A stretch of 64,000 bases of DNA, from positions 1,923 to 65,922 of IMG/VR virus record IMGVR_UViG_3300028025_003604; one strand, written 5' to 3'. A program made the translations under genes and the position numbers. Below are positions 6,625 to 14,733 of this stretch, in pieces (the first letter of the stretch is position 1; each line of letters begins with the position of its first letter). Under the pieces are notes generated by a model. It was not told the DNA's origin and did not search any database. It saw only the letters and a list, made by a program, of their open reading frames with translations. Origin of the DNA: a virus. Taxonomy: Duplodnaviria > Caudoviricetes.

Positions 6625-6860
6625 AAAGTACATTTCAACAAGTGATGGATGCAATAAATAACGGCGAAAAATTCTCATGGAATTTTAACGGCCTTACTGC
6701 ATTCAGAAACACCGACAGGTTAGTTCATGAAATACCTAACCCAACCGAGGCGTCCATTGGATGGATACTTCAAGAGTTCTGCGTTAAAGCATTATACGAT
6801 GCTGATTTATTAATCTCCTTCGAGCCATCACCTGAAGGGTTAAAAATATATTACAAATGA
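6621..6860 (+). CDS. hypothetical protein
   Basis: ORF in operon context. Confidence 0.65.
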   Translation: MKSTFQQVMDAINNGEKFSWNFNGLTAFRNTDRLVHEIPNPTEASIGWILQEFCVKALYDADLLISFEPSPEGLKIYYK

Positions 6861-6956
6861 GAACTACCTACCCAACAGAAACCCTATCATTCAACGATTG
6901 GATTATCTACATCCATAAAGAAAACATCCGTATTAGAATTCAAAAACTAAACCACT

Positions 6957-7148
6957 ATGAACAAAATCTCGGCAGCAAAAAAAGTGTTTCACACTATCAA
7001 CGAAGAATTGGACAAGGTACTATTGGGGGAAGAAAGTTCCCGCCGATTGGTTGTGCAGAAATTGAAATTGATTAATGAGGAACTATCCGATGCAGTAATT
7101 GACCTATTGAAAAAAAATGTAACCTATGAACAAGAGCGAAGTATTTAA
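6957..7148 (+). CDS. hypothetical protein
   Basis: ORF with AAACCACTATG leader. Confidence 0.6.
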   Translation: MNKISAAKKVFHTINEELDKVLLGEESSRRLVVQKLKLINEELSDAVIDLLKKNVTYEQERSI

Positions 7149-7476
7149 TGGCCTATGTGAGTATGCAGTTGAAGTTACCGGTATCGATATAAGGTACGCC
7201 AAAGGAAGACGTGAAGAGTATGTAAGGCTCAGGGCCGCTATCATGGTTATCCTTATGAACTACTACGGAGTCACCACTACATTGGCCGGACACTTTTTTA
7301 ATCGCGACCACACCACGGCAGTACACCACAAAGCAAATCACCCATGGCGATATAAGTCCGACGATGAATACGCCTATCTGTATGATGAGTTGGTGAAGCA
7401 CGTTTTACTATGTAAAAGAAATCAAGTAGACCTAGATGTACAAGAGGTACTCGAGTACATTAAATTAATTGGTTAG
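7126..7476 (+). CDS. DnaA C-terminal (domain IV)-like HTH protein
   Basis: R...VRLRAAIM.IL...TTTLAGHFFNRDHTTAVH matches the DnaA RDHTTV signature. Confidence 0.75.
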   Translation: MNKSEVFNGLCEYAVEVTGIDIRYAKGRREEYVRLRAAIMVILMNYYGVTTTLAGHFFNRDHTTAVHHKANHPWRYKSDDEYAYLYDELVKHVLLCKRNQVDLDVQEVLEYIKLIG

Positions 7477-7482
7477 TGAATA

Positions 7483-7571
7483 ATGCGGGTAGCTTAATGG
7501 TCACAATGGAAGTGACCCTTGAGGGAGGAAAGCGCTTAAATGAGATGTGGGTTCGATTCCCATCCCGCGTT
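7483..7571 (+). ncRNA. aberrant tRNA-like RNA (expanded D-loop, stub anticodon arm)
   Basis: ATGCGGG/CCCGCGT acceptor, GCTT/AAGC D-stem, GTGGG-TTCGATT-CCCAT T-arm. Confidence 0.65.
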
Positions 7572-7797
7572 CATAAATATAAAAGTTGGCGAGGTGAGAT
7601 ACCTTGATTACACCTGAGCAGGATGGTGGCCAATGGATGCTGCTAGTTATTAAGCCTATAGGATGAAATACCCTTGTACCGATGCCTTGCGGTTGGGTTA
7701 GACAAAGTTTTCTTGCGTTGCGGGTTCTATTAGGCGTTTTTTCATATCCCGTTAAAGAAAGCAAAGGGGCTTATGGTTGTGCCAGAACAACCAACAT

Positions 7798-7891
7798 AGT
7801 CAGGTCGCTCAAATTTTGGGAGCACATGCATCATTGTGTGTTCAATACAAGTCTGCTTAGGCTTGTGCAGGTTCGAATCCTGTCCTGACTA
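7798..7891 (+). ncRNA. tRNA-like RNA with non-canonical anticodon loop and long variable arm
   Basis: AGTCAGG/CCTGACT acceptor, GCTC/GAGC D-stem, GCAGG-TTCGAAT-CCTGT T-arm. Confidence 0.65.
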
Positions 7892-7976
7892 CAAACTTAT
7901 GCACAGAGTTATTCATGTAAGTATTTATACTGAATGTAACGCTCTTGCATAAACGTAGATTTGTAAAAAACAACCT

Positions 7977-8201
7977 ATGAACCAAACAACAAACCATTCG
8001 TCTGAAACGCTTAATATAACATGTGCTTATCCAAAAACTCAAACTGAATTTTCGTATGTAAGCGCTTCTCACCATAGTGTAATCGTTATAGTAAGCTCAC
8101 TATATCAAAAGCTATCAGACAAAGAAAAGTTGGAAATGCTTTCTAAATTAAATGATTGGACTTACAATGAAGCACTTAAAATTTTTAACCAAACCCAATA
8201 A
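7977..8201 (+). CDS. hypothetical protein
   Basis: ORF with AACCTATG leader. Confidence 0.6.
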   Translation: MNQTTNHSSETLNITCAYPKTQTEFSYVSASHHSVIVIVSSLYQKLSDKEKLEMLSKLNDWTYNEALKIFNQTQ

Positions 8202-8204
8202 TAT

Positions 8205-8453
8205 ATGGAACCACAAACCATCGAGCAACCATGCTCCCAAGAGCCTATCGCCTCAGTAGAGTATACTCCAACAAAGCAGGAGGCATTACGGCAGTATGAA
8301 ATTAGAATAGAATTCCTATCAAGAGGATGTATTGTTCGTGTAGGCTGTAAGTCTATACCTTTTGAGAGTGTAGATGCAGCAATGAAATGCTTAAGCGAGT
8401 ATGTAAAAGACCCTATCACCAAAGAAAAAGAGTGGGTGAAAATCTTAAATTAA
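8205..8453 (+). CDS. hypothetical phage protein
   Basis: IEFLSRGCIVRVGCKSIPF. Confidence 0.7.
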   Translation: MEPQTIEQPCSQEPIASVEYTPTKQEALRQYEIRIEFLSRGCIVRVGCKSIPFESVDAAMKCLSEYVKDPITKEKEWVKILN

Positions 8454-8460
8454 AGATGTT

Positions 8461-8591
8461 AGTCAGGTGGCGGAATTGATAGACGCTAAGTTAAGTTTAC
8501 ACACGAGATGCGACCTCATTAAAAGCTATAACGATGAGTTTAAATTGGTTCAGAGAACCACCTCTTGCAGGTTCGAATCCTGCCCTGACTA
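8461..8591 (+). ncRNA. tRNA-Leu-like frame with a ~80-nt insert replacing the anticodon/variable domain
   Basis: AGTCAGG TG GCGGAATTGATAGACGC ... GCAGG-TTCGAAT-CCTGC CCTGACT A. Confidence 0.65.
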
Positions 8592-8604
8592 CAAAAAGTA
8601 GCGT

Positions 8605-9225
8605 ATGAAATTAAATTCCAACATTCCTAGCTTTAAGGCGCTAGTAAAAAAATCCTACTTCACGAAGGACGCCAACGATAGTAACGAATACTACAACGTG
8701 TATGTCTTCGGCCTTCAGTCAGTATCCGGTAAGATAGTCACGTTCCATGTACTAACCGACTCCGGTATGCTAAGGAGCAGGGTGCCATTGTCTGAGATAT
8801 ATACCAAGGTACCAACGGGTGACATACCATTTAACTACAAGCAGCTATGGGATTGCTTTAGTGAGAATGTATCCGTAGTTGAGTATGACTTCCTTGCATT
8901 TCACAGAGCTCAAGTAGTACTGAGAGATGGCAGTAAAGTATGGGCCACGTATGTATTCACTATTGATTGGTTCAACAACCCATATAGTGATGAACCTTCC
9001 GACTATAAGTGCGGCCACGTGCTAGAATCGGATGATGGCTACTTGTTATGTATGCCGAACAACAGAATCTTTTGGAAGGATTCTAATTGGGTAACGAAAA
9101 GTTTACCGGAGGACCTGAAGCAGTTCAAGGTAGACACCGACCTTCCTTCTGTTGAAAACCAATCGGACCGATGGGTGGCAGAGGATACCAATTCATTTTA
9201 TTACGACATAATACAAGAGCTATGA
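8605..9225 (+). CDS. conserved hypothetical phage protein
   Basis: LWDCFS...YVFTIDW...PNNRIFWKD motifs recalled from aquatic phages; function unknown. Confidence 0.7.
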   Translation: MKLNSNIPSFKALVKKSYFTKDANDSNEYYNVYVFGLQSVSGKIVTFHVLTDSGMLRSRVPLSEIYTKVPTGDIPFNYKQLWDCFSENVSVVEYDFLAFHRAQVVLRDGSKVWATYVFTIDWFNNPYSDEPSDYKCGHVLESDDGYLLCMPNNRIFWKDSNWVTKSLPEDLKQFKVDTDLPSVENQSDRWVAEDTNSFYYDIIQEL

Positions 9226-9569
9226 AAACCGCAATGCAAGAATTAATCTTTCACATAGCATATATGGAAAGAAGAAAGTATCAAGATGAGCAAACACAGA
9301 TACTTGGAGGTATGAATGATTGTATTATGTATGATGCCATCGTTATTCAAAATAGAATCATTGAAGAATTAACTAAAGAGTATTCTGAATATCTTGAAAA
9401 AGAAAAGGAGCAGATAGTAAATGATTTTGAAAATGGTTACAAGGCCTGCGATTTAGATGAAGCATTGGAGATAAATAAAACAATGTTTAGCGGAGAAAGG
9501 TATTACGAACAAACCTATAAACAATACGGCTTAGATAATGAGGCTAGACAAATTTTAAATAACCTATAA
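9222..9569 (+). CDS. hypothetical protein (MKTAMQEL / EKEKEQI small-gene family)
   Basis: Likely start at 9222; AT-rich. Confidence 0.65.
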   Translation: MKTAMQELIFHIAYMERRKYQDEQTQILGGMNDCIMYDAIVIQNRIIEELTKEYSEYLEKEKEQIVNDFENGYKACDLDEALEINKTMFSGERYYEQTYKQYGLDNEARQILNNL

Positions 9570-9583
9570 CCAAAAAAATAACT

Positions 9584-9775
9584 ATGAACACTATGACCGT
9601 AATACTAGGATTAGGTACATTATTGGTTGGCTTTGTATTAGGATTTACTTTGCACTTTTTCATATCAAAAATGGAAGATGCAAAAACTTATACTAATGGT
9701 TTTAGAGATGGGATGCAAGCCGAGTTTAAAATAATTTATGAAATAATATTAAAATCAAATAACCAAAACAAATAA
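9584..9775 (+). CDS. small membrane protein
   Basis: N-terminal hydrophobic helix. Confidence 0.6.
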   Translation: MNTMTVILGLGTLLVGFVLGFTLHFFISKMEDAKTYTNGFRDGMQAEFKIIYEIILKSNNQNK

Positions 9776-9925
9776 CCAATGAAAAAAACAAAAATAACAT
9801 TTCAATTCCTTACATATGACCAACGAAGAGCTAAAATTATTGCTAATCTAAATAGTATAAAAGTAGACCCTATTAAAAGCCAAGTAACAACAACAGGTGT
9901 ATGGACTCCAAAAACTAATTAACCT

Positions 9926-10162
9926 ATGAAACTATATACAGAAGAACAAGTAAGAAAAGCTATTAGAGTAGCAGGACAATTAGTATGGGAAGATGAAGAA
10001 ATATTTGCTTCATTGCCATCAATAGAACTACCAAGTGATGAGGAGATAGAGAATAATGCTTATACAGATAGAATAGTAGATGATTGGAAGCATGAACAAC
10101 AAATTGGGTTTGAAATAGGTGCTAAATGGATGAAAGAACAAATACTTAACCAAAAAAAATAA
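9926..10162 (+). CDS. hypothetical protein (KLYTEEQV / ELPSDEEI family)
   Basis: AACCTATG leader; modular small-protein motifs. Confidence 0.65.
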   Translation: MKLYTEEQVRKAIRVAGQLVWEDEEIFASLPSIELPSDEEIENNAYTDRIVDDWKHEQQIGFEIGAKWMKEQILNQKK

Positions 10163-10165
10163 CCT

Positions 10166-10426
10166 ATGACACCACAAGAAAAAGCAACAGAATTAGTAGA
10201 AAAATTTAAGCCTTATGTAAATGGATATGTTGGTAGCTCAATGTTAACTAACACAGAATATCCAGAATCAATTTTAAGAAAGGCTAAAGAATGTGCAAGA
10301 ATAGTAGCAAACGAGATGATTGACAGATTAACATGGCATACAGGTGCAAGTGATTTAGGCAATACAATTATTGCTGAAGATATTGAATATTGGTATGAAG
10401 TGTTACAATCAATCAAATATAACTAA
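10166..10426 (+). CDS. hypothetical protein (MTPQEKA.EL family)
   Basis: AACCTATG leader; AKECA...YWYEV motif. Confidence 0.65.
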   Translation: MTPQEKATELVEKFKPYVNGYVGSSMLTNTEYPESILRKAKECARIVANEMIDRLTWHTGASDLGNTIIAEDIEYWYEVLQSIKYN

Positions 10427-10438
10427 ACCCAATAACCT

Positions 10439-10780
10439 ATGAAAATAGTAACAAACGAAAATGGACTATCTCTTGAAATAGTAAGAGACTATGTGCAAGC
10501 AGATGGGGAAGACTACTCACCAATGCTCGGAGGGGATGACTCAAATCCATCTTGGGAAGAGTATTTGGATGACTATAAAGAAGAGTTTAAGCCACATATT
10601 CTCCTACTGAAAAAATCGATCGAGGAAAATGGCCTTGTAGGATATACAGGGCAAGATGCCGATGACCTTTATTTTAAATTTTCAGATGGCAATGTTATGG
10701 GCTTTAGTTGGAGAGGATGGGGTGACCTAATGCAAGCCATTGTAAACAAGAATGAAGGCTATATGGCCTATTATATGTAA
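10439..10780 (+). CDS. hypothetical protein
   Basis: FSWRGWGDLMQA...YMAYY. Confidence 0.7.
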   Translation: MKIVTNENGLSLEIVRDYVQADGEDYSPMLGGDDSNPSWEEYLDDYKEEFKPHILLLKKSIEENGLVGYTGQDADDLYFKFSDGNVMGFSWRGWGDLMQAIVNKNEGYMAYYM

Positions 10781-10794
10781 CCTAAATCTACCCT

Positions 10795-10989
10795 ATGTCA
10801 GACATCACCAAATGCAGCGGGCAAGGTTGCCCGTTTAAAGAAAGTTGCTACCGATTTACTGCTCCCGCAGGAGATTTACAATCCTACTTCGTAGACCCTC
10901 CATTGGATGGGGACAATTGCGATATGTATTGGGGTCCCAATGGGGAGTCCATATGGAACCAATTGAAAGACGTGGTGGGTGAATCATAA
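10795..10989 (+). CDS. small Cys-rich protein
   Basis: MSDITKC...CPFKESCYRF...C. Confidence 0.7.
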   Translation: MSDITKCSGQGCPFKESCYRFTAPAGDLQSYFVDPPLDGDNCDMYWGPNGESIWNQLKDVVGES

Positions 10990-11138
10990 TGTGCGTTATA
11001 ATGCACATTGGGATGTGCTTTTATCCCTTATAATGCACATTAAGGGGTGCATCACAAATAGAAATATATTTCCAATTGTTTATTTTTTACCCGTAATTGG
11101 TAGTATAACTACCAACATTTAGAAATATACTTCCAATT
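10985..11138. repeat. cluster of short palindromes and dif-like cores
   Basis: AATGTGCGTTATAATGCACATT, TTATAATGCACATT x2, TAGAAATATAyTTCCAATT x2, TTGGTAGT-ATA-ACTACCAA. Confidence 0.65.
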
Positions 11139-11253
11139 TTGGCGCCATTCTGTTACGTGGTTTGGCGTATCTTACCCTTACTTTGTGACACGCAGAGTTG
11201 CTTTTGATTTACAAAAGCGCACTAGCACAACCCGTTTTCGACCCTGAAAATGC

Positions 11254-11547
11254 GTGTCAGAATTGTTATCAATATTGTTAATATTGTTTGCATTCATCAG
11301 TAAATCAACTATATTTATGGGGTCGATGAGTAATCCGGTATCATGCAGCAAGTTATTTTGCCTATGATTATCAATTAATTAACACCGTTTGTGTCAGAAT
11401 TCCGTGTCAGTTTTGTGCGGAATTTGAGCAAAAGGCTTCATTAAAACGTAGTAAAATTAACTATTGCCAAAGATTCTGACACACATTTTTTCAGCCCCTC
11501 CTGATGTGTTTTCCAGAGGTTGTGCATAACCGGACTATCCCATCGAC
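11254..11547. other. putative attP / integrase arm-site region
   Basis: GTGTCAG repeats at 11254, 11391, 11404 and inverted at 11476-11482; outer imperfect inverted repeat 11322-11347 / 11523-11547; immediately upstream of the integrase. Confidence 0.55.
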
Positions 11548-11583
11548 AAGTAAATATATCTTGTCACTTCAAAACTCAAAGCA

Positions 11584-12885
11584 ATGACTATTTCGTTTTA
11601 CCAACGCGGCGCCACCATCTACTGCCGTGTACACCATGGCACTGACATGGTCCGTATCTCTACCGGTATAAAGGTTCCCCCTTACATCAGGTTCGCCAAG
11701 GACAGATTCCTAGGAGACACTACCGAGGCCGCATCCCTTAACGCAGATTTGCATAGGCAAAAGGCTGTCATTAACGAGCTATACGCAGCCAATAGAGGTA
11801 ACCTATACAAGGTCAAGGAGGCTTACTCTACCCCCGAGCTCGTGGTCGATTATGAAGAGGAGAACTACGATTTAGTGAACCTCTGCGAGAGGTATATGTC
11901 AAGCATCATGTCCGGCGAGATTAAGACCCGTCAGAAGAAGAAGTTCAGGGTGTCATCCATAAAGGGGTACCAATTCCCCGTTAACGTCCTTACCCAATTC
12001 TCCCTTATCCATGGGAGTATTGACCTTAGTGAGTTCGTATTGGACAACAAGAGCCTCAAGGAAAAGCAGGTCATCACCGATAGGTTCATGGCATACTTCG
12101 ACAAGTTTATGGACTATATGATTGACTGCGAACTTCAGATTAACACAAGGCGCGAGTGTGTGAATGTTATCTGCATTGTCATCAACTACTTCAGGGATAA
12201 GCTATTCTTAAACGTACCCAAGATTCAAAGGTTGGGCGTTCAGGATAGTCCTATCGTCATCTTGCAACCTGAATTCCTTAAGAAGTTCGTGATGGATGAG
12301 CATCGTTTATACAAAGGTTTCTCCCCCGAGCATAGGTACATGTGGGAGATGATTGCCACCATGTTGGTGACCTCTTTCAGAATATCCGACGCAGTGTTGC
12401 TGACCAAAAATGATTTCATTATAAAAAACGAGGAGGTGTTCTTGGTAAAAGAGAATCAGAAAACCGGAGAGGATACCGAAATGCCCCTGCCGAAGGTCCT
12501 CACAGACGTCTATATGGAAAACCTAGCTAGACACCGGTCGATCTACACGCCTATTGGCCCCAAGGATAAGCTCGGGTACTTTAGAAAGAAGATGAGAGAG
12601 TTCCTCGCCATGTATCCAGAGATGCATGAGATGGTCACCGTGAAGAAGGCTGACATTCGTGGTAACAAGATCCCTATCACGAAGCGTATGTACGAATGGG
12701 TACACCCGCATATGCTACGGAAGACGGCGATCACTACTATGTTGATCAACAATGTTAGTCCTGACCACGTGAAGTTTGCTTCTGGTCACCGGCCCAACTC
12801 GAACGCCTTTAATAGGTACGTTGGTTTTGTAGACCGGCATTACAAGAGTCAGATCAACGACTACCAGAAGAAAATGTTTAGTTAA
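11584..12885 (+). CDS. int: tyrosine recombinase / phage integrase
   Basis: N-terminal arm-binding-like region, FRISD (R), KT (K), HMLRKT (HxxR), SGH, Y. Confidence 0.9.
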   Translation: MTISFYQRGATIYCRVHHGTDMVRISTGIKVPPYIRFAKDRFLGDTTEAASLNADLHRQKAVINELYAANRGNLYKVKEAYSTPELVVDYEEENYDLVNLCERYMSSIMSGEIKTRQKKKFRVSSIKGYQFPVNVLTQFSLIHGSIDLSEFVLDNKSLKEKQVITDRFMAYFDKFMDYMIDCELQINTRRECVNVICIVINYFRDKLFLNVPKIQRLGVQDSPIVILQPEFLKKFVMDEHRLYKGFSPEHRYMWEMIATMLVTSFRISDAVLLTKNDFIIKNEEVFLVKENQKTGEDTEMPLPKVLTDVYMENLARHRSIYTPIGPKDKLGYFRKKMREFLAMYPEMHEMVTVKKADIRGNKIPITKRMYEWVHPHMLRKTAITTMLINNVSPDHVKFASGHRPNSNAFNRYVGFVDRHYKSQINDYQKKMFS

Positions 12886-12890
12886 TTAAT

Positions 12891-12913
12891 AAGGCCCCCG
12901 ATCTGGGGGCTTT
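12891..12913 (+). terminator. intrinsic terminator after int
   Basis: GCCCCC-GATCT-GGGGGC followed by TTT. Confidence 0.7.
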
Positions 12914-12927
12914 TAAATTCCCACCCT

Positions 12928-13113
12928 ATGATATATGTAAACGGAGAAATTAAATTTAGTCAGGACATATCGCCACTGGCAGAATACGATGATGAGAAGA
13001 TGGAAGAGTTTATGCGAGAGTTTCAGGGGTTCATGGACCTGTACGCCATCACCCGCATCGATCTCTCTATCGATCCATATAAGTATATGCAACACAAAAA
13101 AGAAATGAGATGA
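12928..13113 (+). CDS. hypothetical protein
   Basis: CCCACCCTATG leader, shared with the gene at 20712. Confidence 0.6.
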   Translation: MIYVNGEIKFSQDISPLAEYDDEKMEEFMREFQGFMDLYAITRIDLSIDPYKYMQHKKEMR

Positions 13114-13301
13114 TAATTAAAGTAATGTACGACGACGACGTTGTTATCTTTCACGAGGGCAAAAGACTTGGCGCCATTGACTATGATACCTTTTGTCTGC
13201 AAGTATTATCGCCACGTCAATTTAGGCGTCTAGAAAAAGATCCAGATGTTAGAGTATGGGATGTACGTAAATTAGAGCTGGTCAATGCGCTACTTAGTTA
13301 G
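13110..13301 (+). CDS. hypothetical protein
   Basis: ATGA coupling to the previous ORF. Confidence 0.6.
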   Translation: MIIKVMYDDDVVIFHEGKRLGAIDYDTFCLQVLSPRQFRRLEKDPDVRVWDVRKLELVNALLS

Positions 13302-13619
13302 TTTGTCGATTATCCTTTTTAGTCGATCGTTCTCCTCTCTTAGTTGTTTGAGCTCTGAATCCAAATTTCTTTTGTCTGTCTTCTCTCCATCAATTAGATA
13401 GTTATAATCAACGTTGAGTTTCTGTTTAAGTATTCTAAGAACAGAATAATTAGGGGTGTAAAGACCTTGTTCGATAGCTCCTATAGATCCACTGGCCAAC
13501 CCTACTAATTTACCCATATCGGCCTGAGTTAATCTATGATCTAAACGAATTTCTCTAAATCTTTTGTTTATGTCTGAGTAGTCGGTCGGTTCCTTCTCTG
13601 TTGATTTCTTTAGACGCAT
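13290..13619 (-). CDS. XRE-family HTH repressor
   Basis: RFREIR...LTQADMGKLVG...IGAIEQG...P...V.YNYLIDG; divergent from the replication operon. Confidence 0.85.
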   Translation of the reverse strand: MRLKKSTEKEPTDYSDINKRFREIRLDHRLTQADMGKLVGLASGSIGAIEQGLYTPNYSVLRILKQKLNVDYNYLIDGEKTDKRNLDSELKQLREENDRLKRIIDKLTK

Positions 13620-13718
13620 GATGTAAATCTAATATATTTTTTATCATGTGCAAAACGTTGTCAATAACATTAACTCTCTTTTATAGAGTATTAGTATCTT
13701 TATTAGAGAATATATTTT

Positions 13719-13949
13719 ATGAAAGTATCCTATGACTATTCCAAGGACATTATGCTGATCGATGGCGTGGAGTACCCGCTCCGTCCTTACAGAAAGTGGC
13801 TATTGGAATTCCATGAAAGCCTATGTACTGGGCACTTTATCAAGGCAATACGAACCTTGGATAAGGTAAAGTACACCTACGACTGGGACACCATCTACTT
13901 CAAAGCTGGCCAGTACGAATTCTTAAATCAATACTTAAAAACTATATGA
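13719..13949 (+). CDS. hypothetical protein
   Basis: First gene divergent from the repressor. Confidence 0.65.
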   Translation: MKVSYDYSKDIMLIDGVEYPLRPYRKWLLEFHESLCTGHFIKAIRTLDKVKYTYDWDTIYFKAGQYEFLNQYLKTI

Positions 13950-14731
13950 CCTACCTACAATCCCTCCTTGAAAACTTAAGGAAAGAAATCCCCTATCAAT
14001 GGCGTGTCCAATCCCGTAACAAGGACAAGACTAAAGCCATCTGCTCTGCGTACATAGATGCGAGAGACGTAATGAATACTCTAGACAAGTACTGCGAATA
14101 TGGTTGGCAGACTGATGTCAAGGAGTTAGCTGGTTTTATTTTCTACGGAATTGGGATTGAGATCCCAGAGTTTAATCCAGAAGGTAAACATACAGGATTT
14201 ACTACCACCCTGTGGAGATGGGATACAGGCGCAAGGATCGAAGATAATGAGAAGGATAATATGTATGAGCAAGCTGGTAAATCAGCAGCCTCAGATGCCC
14301 TTAAAAGAGCTGCGGTTCAGTGGGGTGTTGGTCGTTTCCTTTATGACCTACCTACCGTTACTCTCCCTTGTGATCAATACGGCAATGTCGTAGATGAGAA
14401 GGGTGCCAGAGTATGGGATCTTACAGAACATATCAATAACAAAAAGACTAAGGTTAAGTCCCCCGAGCCGGCCAAGGCTCCTAAACCTGCAGAGTCATTC
14501 AGAGATGTAATACACGCTGTAGTTAAAGGTGCAATAGATGTTCCTACCCAAAAGGCTGCAGAGGTTACTAGCGATGAGAAGCCAGTGCTTACTCCAGAGA
14601 AGCTGGACGCCATGTTGAATTTTATCAAGGAAGGTAAGATCGAACAGGTAGAACAAGCAATGGAAAAGTATAAGCTAAATCTCGCTCAGAAGACTACGCT
14701 CAACGCCCTTATCAAACAATCCAAAAAGTAA
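13946..14731 (+). CDS. Rad52/Sak-like ssDNA annealing recombinase
   Basis: AYIDARDVMNTLD...KSAASDALKRAAVQWGVGRFLY. Confidence 0.85.
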   Translation: MTYLQSLLENLRKEIPYQWRVQSRNKDKTKAICSAYIDARDVMNTLDKYCEYGWQTDVKELAGFIFYGIGIEIPEFNPEGKHTGFTTTLWRWDTGARIEDNEKDNMYEQAGKSAASDALKRAAVQWGVGRFLYDLPTVTLPCDQYGNVVDEKGARVWDLTEHINNKKTKVKSPEPAKAPKPAESFRDVIHAVVKGAIDVPTQKAAEVTSDEKPVLTPEKLDAMLNFIKEGKIEQVEQAMEKYKLNLAQKTTLNALIKQSKK

Positions 14732-14733
14732 AT

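Noticed and set aside
7501-7888. ORFs 7501..7764 (-) and 7682..7888 (+)
   Set aside because: They overlap tRNA-like structures and lack protein-like features
7798-7891. Functional tRNA-Met/Ile (CAT)
   Set aside because: CAT is present but not in a canonical 5-bp stem/7-nt loop, and the variable arm is long; kept only as tRNA-like
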